This document shows, piece after piece, positions 11,640 through 21,918 of a DNA stretch of 23,539 bases (the stretch's first letter is position 1; each line of letters begins with the position of its first letter). Below the pieces are notes generated by a model that saw only the letters and a program-made list of their open reading frames with translations, had not been told where the DNA came from and searched no databases. A program made the position numbers and the translations under genes. The stretch is from the NCBI GenBank assembly GCA_051294375.1, contig JBJCIZ010001605.1, positions 1 to 23,539 of the forward strand, in the 5' to 3' direction. The DNA is from Paraspadella gotoi. Its lineage: Eukaryota > Animalia > Chaetognatha.

Positions 11640-12435
11640 CCTTGACGACGATATGCCGACGACGACGATGACAATGACGAACGACGACGGGACGAAAAGA
11701 CGGCGATGTCGACGACGACGACGACGGCAACAAACAACAACAAAACTACGATAATGTACAAAAACGATAAGACGTTATAAACAACAAACACATACGATTT
11801 ACGGAGATTTACATCATCCAACAAAATTACAACACAGACGACGACATGGCGAAACGACGGTGGGACAACAAAACGACCTAACAACAGCTACGACTAACAA
11901 CGACAACGACTCTCGATTCTAGGATACGATGGTCGCGCCCAGGCGGGCGTTATTTGAACTATGGTTTCGTGGTTAAGTGGCGAGGGGGCGAGAAATGGCT
12001 TTCTGCTTTCGCTCGCAGATGGACGAGGAGAGAGCGAGAGGAGGCTTGCGGTTGGGATCCTCAAATGGTCTGGACACGGCAGAGAACGACTCCCCCGCAG
12101 CGAATCTCCTTTTGGGCAGCGACGACGACGACTCTAGACATAAATGAACGCGTAATGAAGGAAATAAAAACCTTGACGACTTTTATTTACTTGTTTTATC
12201 GCGTTTAATCAACGTTTTTATCAAGACTCTATTACAGTTTTTATCGGTCGCGGGATTTTTGGGCTTTTAACTCCATCAATTTTTCGGATCCAGGTCTATT
12301 TAATTTCTCTCTCTTGTCCAAAGCCGGTCCCTCTTTTCTCACCTCCAAAGCGCGCAAATCGAGCTTTTTTCCTCATTCTCTCTTCACATCGAGAAAAAAA
12401 AAGCAAAATTCGCCCCGCCAATAAACAAGTCGAGA

Positions 12436-12466
<31 letters not shown>

Positions 12467-12478
12467 CGAGAGAGAGAC

Positions 12479-12512
<34 letters not shown>

Positions 12513-13525
12513 GGAGAGAGAGAGAGAGGGCAACATTAGAAGTTAGGAAAGTAGAGAAGAGAATAAAAGAGAAAAAAGGCTGATTTATTCTTTCGAATTT
12601 ATCATTGGCGAAAGGAGGGCCGCACGCCCTTCTCGCACTCGTTCTTGACGTCGTCGATTGTCATCGTTCAATTTGGTGTCGTCGCCATCAGTGGCATTGT
12701 CCATTGTCGTTTCTGTCATATATATTATGGGTGGTTGTTTTGTTTTCGCCGGTAAATTGTTCCAAAGGTTTGTTGGGTGGAACCAATTTCAGCGTCTTTG
12801 TCATTCCCTGTCCATCATTAACAGCTCTTCGTCGTCGTCCATCGTCGTCGTCAGCAATCGTCTAGGGCTCTCTGCGAGGATTCATTGTTAGGCGCTGCAT
12901 TGTGAGAGACCATGGGCTCGGTCGTCGTCGTCGTTTGTTCGCGCGCGTCGCGCTGACTTTGGCCAACAACAAGTCATTAGCCGACCACAACGTCTTTAGA
13001 TTTATCACTTTGGGTGCAAACGCGAACGAAACAACAGCATAATTAAACAACGGACGACGAGCGAACGACAAAAGACAGACGTAATCGATAGAAAACAACA
13101 ACAACAACAACAAGACTTGCAACGTCAACGACTCAACCGTCAGCGAGCGTCTTTTTTTTGGGGTTTTTCAGCCGTCAACTCAAACTTTTGCGTCTTAAAA
13201 ATGGTAAGTTCATTGCTGACGAAGTCGAATGACGACGACGATGTCGAAGACGAAAACGACGACGAAAGTCGAAGACGAAAAACGAACGATTATCTTTCGA
13301 CGACGGTTGGAGGCGGACGAACAACTCTGACAGCTCGAAAAGCCTATACGACGACGACGAACGACGCACGACGACGACGTTGCCCGTTATTGGCCGGATG
13401 TAAAACAAGTGGGGCAGAACCTGTTATTAGGCAGCGAAGACCTCCAGATGGGGAACCCGTTGAAGAGTCGAGATGACGATCACGACGGACGAAGATGAAG
13501 AAGCGACGACATGACGACAACTGAC
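11640..13525. repeat. Dispersed degenerate (GAC/AAC)n and (GTC)n low-complexity tracts
   Basis: GAC/AAC-rich at ~11640-11910 and ~13020-13525; GTC-rich at ~12640-12950. Confidence 0.7.
12432..12529. repeat. (GA)n microsatellite
   Basis: Read directly. Confidence 0.95.
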
Positions 13526-14516
13526 AATTCCGGGTTTGTTATTTTAGCAAAACGTTTTAGTTTATATTAAAATAAACGCGAAACAATAACAGCGTTCCAC
13601 ACTTAAATTGTGGTTTTTACAAAGCTACTAACGTACCTATACTAGTTTAATTACTATTTAAAGATATTTGGCTATAATATTCTAGTAAGTTTTTTACTAA
13701 AGTTTTAATAACTACACTATCCTATTATCGAAACAAAAAAGGTTGAGTCCCTTACTACTGTGTTTTAATTTACATGATGAACGAATAAGTATTGTTTGAT
13801 GATTCATTAAAGCGGGAAGCAGCAGAAACAATGGCGACCAAACAATTGTTTTGTACATTTAAACTCTATGTGAATTAAAAAAATTAAAAAAAAAACAACA
13901 AAAACACTAAAGTAACTCATAATAATAATCTTAACAGTCACAACCGCTCATTGAAATTATTAAGTTAGCAAAGAATTATTTACAATTAGTTTCATTTTGC
14001 CGTCCTTCTTCCTTCTTATTCTTCTTTTCCTACTTCATTCTGCTCCTAGCTCTCCCTTCTCTTCTCCTCTTTCTCCTCCTCCCCTCCCCTCCTCCTCCTC
14101 CTCCTCCTCCTCTTTCACGAAGAACTTCAACGCAGAAGGGGTATTTTTGAAAAATCCCGCAACTCCGATGATTTTGTCGGGCGGAGCCAACCCTCGCCCA
14201 TCTGAAGCGTGATCGTGAGGTCATTGGGTCGAACTCTACTCCGTGTTCCCCTTTTAAAGGCGCTCTACGTATTTCCCCTCAACCCTTTCGCCCTTTAAGG
14301 TTCTCGTCAATTCTCAGGAGAAATTGAAATCGCTCCGGTTTCCGGGAATCCGAGGGGAAAAGCGGGAACGAGACACTGCTTCTCGAGGACGCGAACCTCG
14401 GACCCTTCCAAACTGGATGGTCTCCTCCCTTTGCTGTCCTTCTTAAAGATGTCGTTTCCCTCTCGGTCATCCCCCTAGTAGATTCGGCTGGCCCGAAGTT
14501 CCTGGCCAGAGAACGC

Positions 14517-14534
14517 TCCTACATCTTCCCCTTT
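14517..14534 (-). mobile_element. Possible PPT plus LTR start of a second (outer) LTR element
   Basis: AAAGGGGAAGA|TGTAGGA shares the junction GA|TGTAGGA with the confirmed PPT/LTR at 18319-18327. No partner LTR is in the window and the left end is undefined. Confidence 0.45.
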
Positions 14535-14799
14535 AATTCTCTCTATCACGAGGTTCCATCGATCTCTTGGTCATGGGTGCGCCGCTAGGAATTCCAAGGT
14601 TTTTCTCCATGTTAAACGAAACAGCCTGTGATCGGATCAAAGTTAATGAAACGAAAACACGAAACAGTATTGTTGAGCAGCAGTGGCTTGAGGGCTTTCC
14701 ATCAACGAAGTCCAAATTTTCGGTCTCTTCGTTGACTAGGGGTTTCAGGAATTCCTCAAATTAAAGGTTTTCCCTACTCGTGAACCATTTTGGAGTTTT

Positions 14800-17380
14800 T
14801 TTCATAAAAATATATTGAAAAAAGAAAAAACGTAAAGAAATCTTTTCGTAAAAATATTGTAAGCAATTGCTCAGTTGTTAGGAGCATCCACTCCAAAAGG
14901 TATTTTCCTCCATGGTTTCCCCGTTCTTCTTTACTGTGCGTAGATAAATGTTTCTGATGAACCGAATCAGGTCAGACAACTTTTGTTATTCCGGTAACGC
15001 TTTATCTCGTGAAACCAGGTTATACAATATTCGGTTGGTCACTAGTTTTTTGTTCCATGACCCTTTCCCACACCGAGCACCAATAAGCAAAAGCGGATTT
15101 TTCCTCAATGTCATCCAGACTTTTGCTTCTTCTCAATCGTAAATGCTATTACAGATGCTGTTCAAACTGTTTAGCTCTTCGAATTTATTTTTCAACGGAG
15201 AGAAAAGTGGAGTTTGAGCGCTTCTTCGGCGTTCTGATCTCTGAGGAGAGAAACGACATAGCGCTTTAATTCTACAACATCACAGTGTCATTATGCATCA
15301 CGATATTCTCCCATGACGCATTCAAGATCGGTATTCGTACCGCTCCCAGTAAGGGCTCAGCAACCAAAGCGGTTTCAAGAAGTCTCAACAGTTTCCCAAT
15401 TTTTAGAGTTCACGGCTTTCAAAGATCCACAAAGAAACAAAAGAGGTCGAGGACAATCCAGATGGTAGACGGGTGGTGTCCTTTGTGGATAATGCAACGC
15501 CGGAAAGACCTGAGACCATTGGCTTCCATTCAATGTTATCGACCTGCCCTGAATTTTTCAAAGACCCTCTTGAAGGTCGACAAATTGATCAATAAATGAA
15601 TCCTTTGAATAAATGTTTGAAACTAAAATTCTAAATTGAATAGTCACGTAAATTGGAGAATGTTTGTTTTGGCTCAACATTAGATAGCGCCTTGACTTTT
15701 TATTAAAAATAATCACCTTTTTCAAGATCCAAAAGAACCTTTCTTTTAGATAAGTAGGAATATTTCTTCTTTTCAATCTTAGTAATGTTTGAAAGAATGT
15801 ATAACTTTTATTAGATTAAAAGGCAAACTAAGAACGAAAAGGTACCTGGGATGTAAAATACTGTTCAATGTCACAAACTTGAACATACCCATTGAGTGAA
15901 CGATTTGAAGAGCATTCAAAACTTCCATTGACTGATACTTAATTGCATTCGAGAATAAACGAGCCTGAGAACACTTTGTTACAATCCCATTTGTTGTCTT
16001 GGCAATATTTTAGTATCCTATCATATTTCTGTATCTCTATGGCATTTCATCAGTTTGTTGTGGGATAGATCGATCGTTTCTAACACTGAGGCGTATCTTC
16101 AAGATAGATACTTGAGTGAAAATTGACTAATACTGTTCTCAGCTGAGGATTCAATCACGACTTTGACAATAAGAAAAATCCAAAAATCTAATTATTCCTT
16201 AATCTTCGATTACATTTTTGTTCAACGTCTATGGATATGAATGGTTTGACGTTTTTTCCGGCGTGATGGATACATAAAACAATCTTAATTATTATCACTC
16301 GCTTCGATTTGTGAAACAAATCCGGAGATTTTAGATTCAAAGTCCAAATATAATGTATGCAAATTATTCCAATTCAGTTAATAGAGCAATGCCCGGCCTG
16401 TCAGTGAAAGCGTTGGCGAAATGATGTATACGGTTCTAGAAAGATCCAAAGTTTAAGCCGTAATCCCCGAAATTTGTCGGACATTATTCTCTAAATGATT
16501 GTTTTCTGAGGAGGTGTCAATACCGGCGTCGACGGGCCGTTATTACTTAAATTCCCAGCACTCCTAGCGAGCCCTCCAGTTATTTCCAACGTGCTGAATC
16601 GAGAGACAATTATTGGAATAACGGATTCGATTTTTTCCTGAAAGGCGCGGCGCAGCCCAGTATCAGACAGTGCTTTTCCAACTACCGATTGGATCCGAAA
16701 TAATCGTCGAGCGCAGAGCGTTCTTGTCGATCACCCATGGAACATGTGACAGTAGAATTGTCTCTTCTTGAGCTTATCCCTATAAATTGTCGAGAAACAG
16801 CAGCCAAAAACTGATGTCCACGAATGTACTTTTTTTTGAAAAGATTGTTCTGGATCCACACTCAAGCGATTTTGCACATGAAAAATGCAGAGGTGCGTGA
16901 GACTATCCATGAGGGCGACATCGATTTTGTGAGAAATATAGTTATTATCTAAGTTCAAGTAGGGTTATCGAGTTGAGGGCAAGGACAGGGATAAAAGTTT
17001 TGAGAAAGTTGCCTTGCTAAACAGTTAAAATTCTGCAGCAACGCGCAAATGCTAAAGAGAAACCTTGTCCAAATTGGTGGCAGAGTTTAACTTAAATTGA
17101 CTCATTTTAAGTTGGTTTAGGTCAGAGAAAGCAGGTATGGATGAATTTTGCTATCTTATTTTTCACTCAGATCCGGAATCAAATAATATAGACTTTGAAA
17201 AGTATTCTATTAAATCTGGTCTGATGGCATTTATATTTAGTGTAACCACCTATACCTCGTGGTATCACTAAACGACCATACTGAAATTTGGGCATACCTA
17301 AGTTTTTTCAGAGTAAGATGACGAAGCCTGCCCACAATTGTCTGAGCAGTTTTATATTGACAGTGACATAATGATTCTCG
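14800..17380 (-). pseudogene. Frameshifted LRR-repeat + kinase C-lobe remnant + KEN (RNase L/IRE1-type ribonuclease) gene; may be intact if the indels are sequencing errors
   Basis: Fragments in shifting frames: PAFSDLNQLK (17106-17135), YLNLDNNYISH (~16930-16960), NLHTLYLDF (16339-16365), LETIDLSHNKL (~16050-16083), QDNKWDCN (15978-16001, LRR-CT-like), YLMLSQNK (~15663-15687), IKALCRFSPQ..NAEEALK.PLF (~15200-15270), GSWNKKL (~15045-15063), LSDLIRFIRNIY (14944-14979), QYF.TKRF (14838-14859). Ends approximate. Confidence 0.75.
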
Positions 17381-17716
17381 GTATCGGTCCAGACTTCCCG
17401 TATATTTATCACTTCATACAAAGTTCATATTGTTGAGAGAAATTTTTTCGAAGTTTGTATTCCATGTATTTTAAAATATTTAATAGTGTTACGTCTGTCT
17501 GCCGGGCAGAAGTGGAATTTTGTTTTTTTTCCGTGAAAAACAAACTCAACGTATGTGAGGCTCCAAAATAATGGCAAGGAAGGAAATTGGTCAACTTGGA
17601 CGGTGCCGAACTCAAGCGTCCTCATTCACCCTCGGAAGCCCGAAGAAACTCTCGTCCTCTAACTCATCCCAATCAGCATTGATTTTTCAACAACCAGGCG
17701 TGGCCTTGAAAAGCCT

Positions 17717-18325
17717 TGTGGTGACAGGAGGAGATGAAGTTGAATTATGTGACGTTAGAGATAGTTCATAGTTTTTGGTAACGTATAAACCAACTATGCT
17801 TGTTTAATTCATAGACCTAATATAATCAAAGCATATAGATATTCCAACTGCTTTTGCCAGCAAGCGATTGCATATCTATATACATAACATTGTAAAATAA
17901 TAACTTTACATTAATTATAAGATGTAAAATACATGACACAATGTAAAATATCCTTTGTGAGAAACCCAAAGAAATTCAAGTGGAAGATTCTTACAATAGA
18001 ATCAACACAATTGTTACTAGTGTTCTCTAGTGGTTTATAGTGTTCTTTTATCTTACTTATGATAATGTATAATATGCTACAATCATAAGTAAATGGAATA
18101 TCTAGATTTTGTAAACAAGTCATTGTGGTGAAGTTGGTTTGAGTCACAAGAGTGACTTCAGAATTCTCAGGATCAAACCTTGGTATAAAGTCTTTTTATT
18201 TTAGTTATGAAATATTGTTTGTTAGTTCATATAAGTTAGATTATGATAGATCTCTCCAGATCAATAATAGCACTCACAACTTGACGCTTCGAGCTGATAA
18301 TGAGAATGAGGGATCGAATCCTACA
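17717..18325 (-). repeat. 3' LTR (609 bp, TGT...ACA)
   Basis: On - strand it begins TGTAGGA directly after the PPT and ends CACCACA. Its 17717-17845 part matches 23143-23279 directly. Confidence 0.92.
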
Positions 18326-21300
18326 TCCCCCCCTGACGAGTTGACGGAAGGAGACGAGGAGTTGGACGAGTCACTCGCACGTTTGGGCTCATGTTGATCG
18401 TTTTGTTGTTGTTGTTGTTTAAGTAAGAGTCGGAGGACTGGGTTATAATTTGGCCTCGTCGCGTTGACATCTGGACAGCATGTGCATTTAGGCGTGGCGC
18501 GCGGAAATGGGCGTAGACGGGAGGGCCGGCGCCGGCGAGATACTTGGACGCCGCGTAGTGGTGGCGTCAGAGAGCGCGGCGGCGGCGGAAACGATTGCCG
18601 GAGGTGCTCGGGGGTTTCCTCGTCGTCTTGGTTTTCCTGCGCTATAGTGGGCGTGGCTGATGATGACTTGTCGACGCGATCTTCATCGGCCTCATTTTCG
18701 ATTTCTCTTTCGCGCCGTTCTGACGTCGCTTGCTCTTGGATCGAAGATGGGGGAGGTTGATGTGTCCTCGGTGCACGGGGACGGACACGAGGTGGAGGCG
18801 TCGGTGGCGCGCTTTGATCGCGTGGAGCTTCGTCCTCTATGGTGTCGTCCCAGACGTTGGCTGGCTTGATGCGGGCAATGGCGACAACTTCTACTCCTCT
18901 TCCAGGAATCTCGATTTTGAAGTTGAGATTGTCACGGGCAACGACCTTGAAAGGGCCGTCGTACGGAGCGGTAAGAAGTGGAGTGACGCCTCCTCGGCGG
19001 AGGAAGACATGGGTCGACGTCGCCAAGTTGCTGGGAAGGTGTACACGGGGAAGGCGGTGGCGGCTTGTCGGTACTGGCTGAAGCCGTTCAACTTCCAGTC
19101 GCAGCTCGTCCCTAAGGCGCCGCCGGGCGTCTCTTTCTTCTGTTTCGGTCAAACTGGGGCCCAGAACATCGCCGGGAACTGTTAGGCCGTCGCCGTAGAC
19201 CAACTGCGCGGGAGAAGCATCCACGTCAGGCTTGATCGTGGTCCTGATCGCAAGGAGTGCTGACGGGAGGCGCCAGAACCAGTTGTGAGGATCTTCGACT
19301 GATATTGCTATAAGCGCCTCCTTTAAACGGCGGTGGAAGCGTTCGACAAGGCCATTTGCTTCGGGATGATAAGCGGTGGTTAGGTGCAGCTGGCATCCCC
19401 AAGACTTGGCCAGCTGCTTCCAAATTGCTGAAGAGAATTGCGATCCTCTGTCCGTGGTGATTTCAGCTGGGATTCCAAATGATGCGACCCAGCCATGAGC
19501 GAAGTTGTCGGCGACGGTCGCTGCCGTGATGTCCCGGATTGGGATCGCCGCTGGCCAACGGGTAAAACGATCTACCACGGTCAACAGGTATGAGTACCCG
19601 TTTGATGTAGGCATGGACACCAAATCTACATTGACGTGTTGGAAACGGCGAGAGGGAACTACAAATTCGCCAATCTCAGGAACTGTGTGGCGCGTCACTT
19701 TTGCACGCTGGCATGCGATGCACTCACGTGTCCAACGTGTCACATCTGTGCGCATGGAGGGCCATACAAATTTTTCTGCGATTGCCTCCCTTGTCCGTGC
19801 AATCCCTGGATGGCCCAAGTTGTGGATGGTTTCGAAAACTTTGCGGCGCCAAGCTTCAGGAACAAAGGGTCGTGGTGGGCCATTGGAAACATCCACGATC
19901 ATTGTTTCATCTCCCAGACGGATGTGCTTGAAGTGAAGGCTTGTGGCGGGATCTTGGAGTAGACGACAGAAATCCCTGTCGAGAGGTTGCTCTCTGGCCA
20001 TCTGTTGCAGGTCAATGCCTTGGTGCTGAAATGCTGCAGCGATAAGAGTCAATTGCTCCGATTTTTCCTCGCTGAGCGGTTTGGTTGAGGGCTCTGTTGC
20101 CTGATTGGGGCGCGATAATGCGTCCGCAACGACGTTCGCCTTTCCTTCGACATGGCGGATATCTGTTGTGAATTCCGCGATCGCAGATAGTTGGTAAGTT
20201 TGTCGCGCCGTCTGCGGCTCACTTTTCTTGTGAATGGCATGTATCAGGCTCATGTGGTCTGTATATAGCACAAAGGCGCGCCCTTCAAGCCATGGTCGGA
20301 AATGGCGCACTGCTCTGAAAGCGCCGTAAAGTTCTCTATCAAAGGGCGGCCACTTCTGTTGTGTGTCGTTTAACTTTGCCGAGAAAAAGGCCAGGGGCTC
20401 CCAGCCTTGAGCGCCTCGCTGCTCCAGGACGCCGCCAACTGCATGGTCGGAGGCATCTGTTGTCAGGGAGAGTGAGGCGCCAGTCTTGGGATGTCTGAGC
20501 AGCACCGCGTTTGCGAGGGCTTCCTTTACGGCCTCGAAACCTTTTTGGCAGGTTGCTGTCCAGTCAAGACGCCTTGGTTTCCCTTTAAGGGCGTCGTAGA
20601 GTGGAGTGGCGTGATGCGCGACTCTGGGTATGAAACGGCGATAATAGTTTATCATACCCAGGAACCGTTGGAGCTCCTTGACTGTGGATGGCGCCGCTGT
20701 TTGCCGGAGGGCGTCCACGCGTTGAGGGAGAGGTTTGACACCGCTAGCGTCTACCTGGTACCCCAGGAATTCGAGAGAATCCTGGCCAAGGGTACACTTT
20801 TTCCGATTGATGACGAGGCCGTTTTCTTGCAGCGACTCAAAGACCTCTTCCAAGTCCTTCAGATGTTGTGCTTCGTTCTCGCTCGCGACTAAGATGTCAT
20901 CTAGATAAACGTAGACGCGTGGAAGATCACCCAAAATTTCGTCCATCAATCGCTGGAAATCCTGCCCAGCATTTTTTAAGCCGAAAGGAGTGCGCAGGAA
21001 AACGTAAAGTCCGAAAGGCGTTATAACTGCCGTTTTGGGCACATCCTCGGGTGCAACAGGGATCTGATGATAGCCTTTTAGAAGGTCTATCTTGGAGAAA
21101 ATTGTTTTCCCTGCCAACTGGGCATTAAAATCTGCAAGGAGTTTCACTGGGTAGCGATCAGGGATGGTCTGGGAATTTAATTGCCTGTAGTCACCACACA
21201 CGCGCCAGCCGCCATCTGCTTTGGGAACACAGTGGAGGGGTGAAGACCATGGGCTCTTGGCCCTCATTGCGACACCTAACTCCACCATCTTGTCCAATTC

Positions 21301-21891
21301 TGCCTTGGCTATGGCCAATTTCTCTGGAGAGAGGCGGCGAGCACGGGCTTGGCATGGCCGGCCCTCAGTCATGATATGGTGACGTATACCGTGTTTTGGT
21401 TCCTTTATCTCAAATGTTGGAGTTGACAGTGCTGGGTATTTGTCGAGCAACTTGTAGTACTGGGTGTCTTGACCTACGAAATGTACATGTGAAGGATTTT
21501 GACCAAAAGAGCGGGCGCATGCTATCATAGAGTAGTCCTTCAGGTCAAGCAAGGTGCCGTCACGGTGATTTGGTGCCAGAAAGAATTCGGCTAAAAAATC
21601 AGCCCCCAGTATGCTCTGGGTTACATCAGCGATCAAGACCTCAAATGGAAAAAGTCTGCAGCCCAGGGTGATGCGCTTCTGGGCAGTGCCGTAACAGGCT
21701 ATTGGCGTGCCATTAGCTGCCTGAAGTTGAGGACCTACTGGACCGGCGGCACGTTGCTCAGGTGTAGGGGGTATAAGGGACAGCATGGCACCTCCATCAA
21801 TGAGCCAGGCGCGGCCGTCGCTCGCGTCGACGACGTGGAGGAGGTAGGAGTCGTTTGGTGAACTTTCTTGGTGGCGGGGTACGGCGTTCAC
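18274..21891 (-). CDS. pol: Pol polyprotein (aspartic protease, reverse transcriptase, RNase H, integrase), probably made as Gag-Pol by -1 frameshift
   Basis: 1205-aa ORF: LIDGGAMLSLI and ILGADFL (protease); WRVCGDYRQLN, KIDLLKGYHQI, PFGLKNAG, YLDDIL (RT); TTDASDHAVGGVL, YTDH, NVVADALSR (RNase H); HNLGHPG..C..C, VDRFTRW, TDRGSQF, NGLVERFHR, APYDGPFKV (integrase with GPY/F motif). Confidence 0.97.
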   Translation of the reverse strand: MNAVPRHQESSPNDSYLLHVVDASDGRAWLIDGGAMLSLIPPTPEQRAAGPVGPQLQAANGTPIACYGTAQKRITLGCRLFPFEVLIADVTQSILGADFLAEFFLAPNHRDGTLLDLKDYSMIACARSFGQNPSHVHFVGQDTQYYKLLDKYPALSTPTFEIKEPKHGIRHHIMTEGRPCQARARRLSPEKLAIAKAELDKMVELGVAMRAKSPWSSPLHCVPKADGGWRVCGDYRQLNSQTIPDRYPVKLLADFNAQLAGKTIFSKIDLLKGYHQIPVAPEDVPKTAVITPFGLYVFLRTPFGLKNAGQDFQRLMDEILGDLPRVYVYLDDILVASENEAQHLKDLEEVFESLQENGLVINRKKCTLGQDSLEFLGYQVDASGVKPLPQRVDALRQTAAPSTVKELQRFLGMINYYRRFIPRVAHHATPLYDALKGKPRRLDWTATCQKGFEAVKEALANAVLLRHPKTGASLSLTTDASDHAVGGVLEQRGAQGWEPLAFFSAKLNDTQQKWPPFDRELYGAFRAVRHFRPWLEGRAFVLYTDHMSLIHAIHKKSEPQTARQTYQLSAIAEFTTDIRHVEGKANVVADALSRPNQATEPSTKPLSEEKSEQLTLIAAAFQHQGIDLQQMAREQPLDRDFCRLLQDPATSLHFKHIRLGDETMIVDVSNGPPRPFVPEAWRRKVFETIHNLGHPGIARTREAIAEKFVWPSMRTDVTRWTRECIACQRAKVTRHTVPEIGEFVVPSRRFQHVNVDLVSMPTSNGYSYLLTVVDRFTRWPAAIPIRDITAATVADNFAHGWVASFGIPAEITTDRGSQFSSAIWKQLAKSWGCQLHLTTAYHPEANGLVERFHRRLKEALIAISVEDPHNWFWRLPSALLAIRTTIKPDVDASPAQLVYGDGLTVPGDVLGPSLTETEERDARRRLRDELRLEVERLQPVPTSRHRLPRVHLPSNLATSTHVFLRRGGVTPLLTAPYDGPFKVVARDNLNFKIEIPGRGVEVVAIARIKPANVWDDTIEDEAPRDQSAPPTPPPRVRPRAPRTHQPPPSSIQEQATSERREREIENEADEDRVDKSSSATPTIAQENQDDEETPEHLRQSFPPPPRSLTPPLRGVQVSRRRRPSRLRPFPRATPKCTCCPDVNATRPNYNPVLRLLLKQQQQQNDQHEPKRASDSSNSSSPSVNSSGGDVGFDPSFSLSARSVKL
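18326..18334 (-). promoter_or_regulatory. Polypurine tract (AGGGGGGGA)
   Basis: Purine run directly abutting the TGT start of the 3' LTR. Confidence 0.9.
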
Positions 21892-21918
21892 CTGCGGCGC
21901 CCCGCCTGCCCGTTTCCC
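21857..21918 (-). promoter_or_regulatory. Programmed -1 ribosomal frameshift signal
   Basis: G GGA AAC in gag phase (21912-21918), 5-nt spacer, stem GGCGGGG/CCCCGCC and second pairing GGTGAAC/GTTCACC. The -1 frame is open into pol. Confidence 0.85.

Noticed and set aside
11506-13476. ORFs rich in D/T/R/V/S
   Set aside because: They derive from GAC/GTC/AAC low-complexity tracts.
14524-17716. env gene or endogenous viral sequence
   Set aside because: It lies outside the confirmed 3' LTR, and the recognisable motifs are LRR and KEN rather than viral glycoprotein or polymerase.
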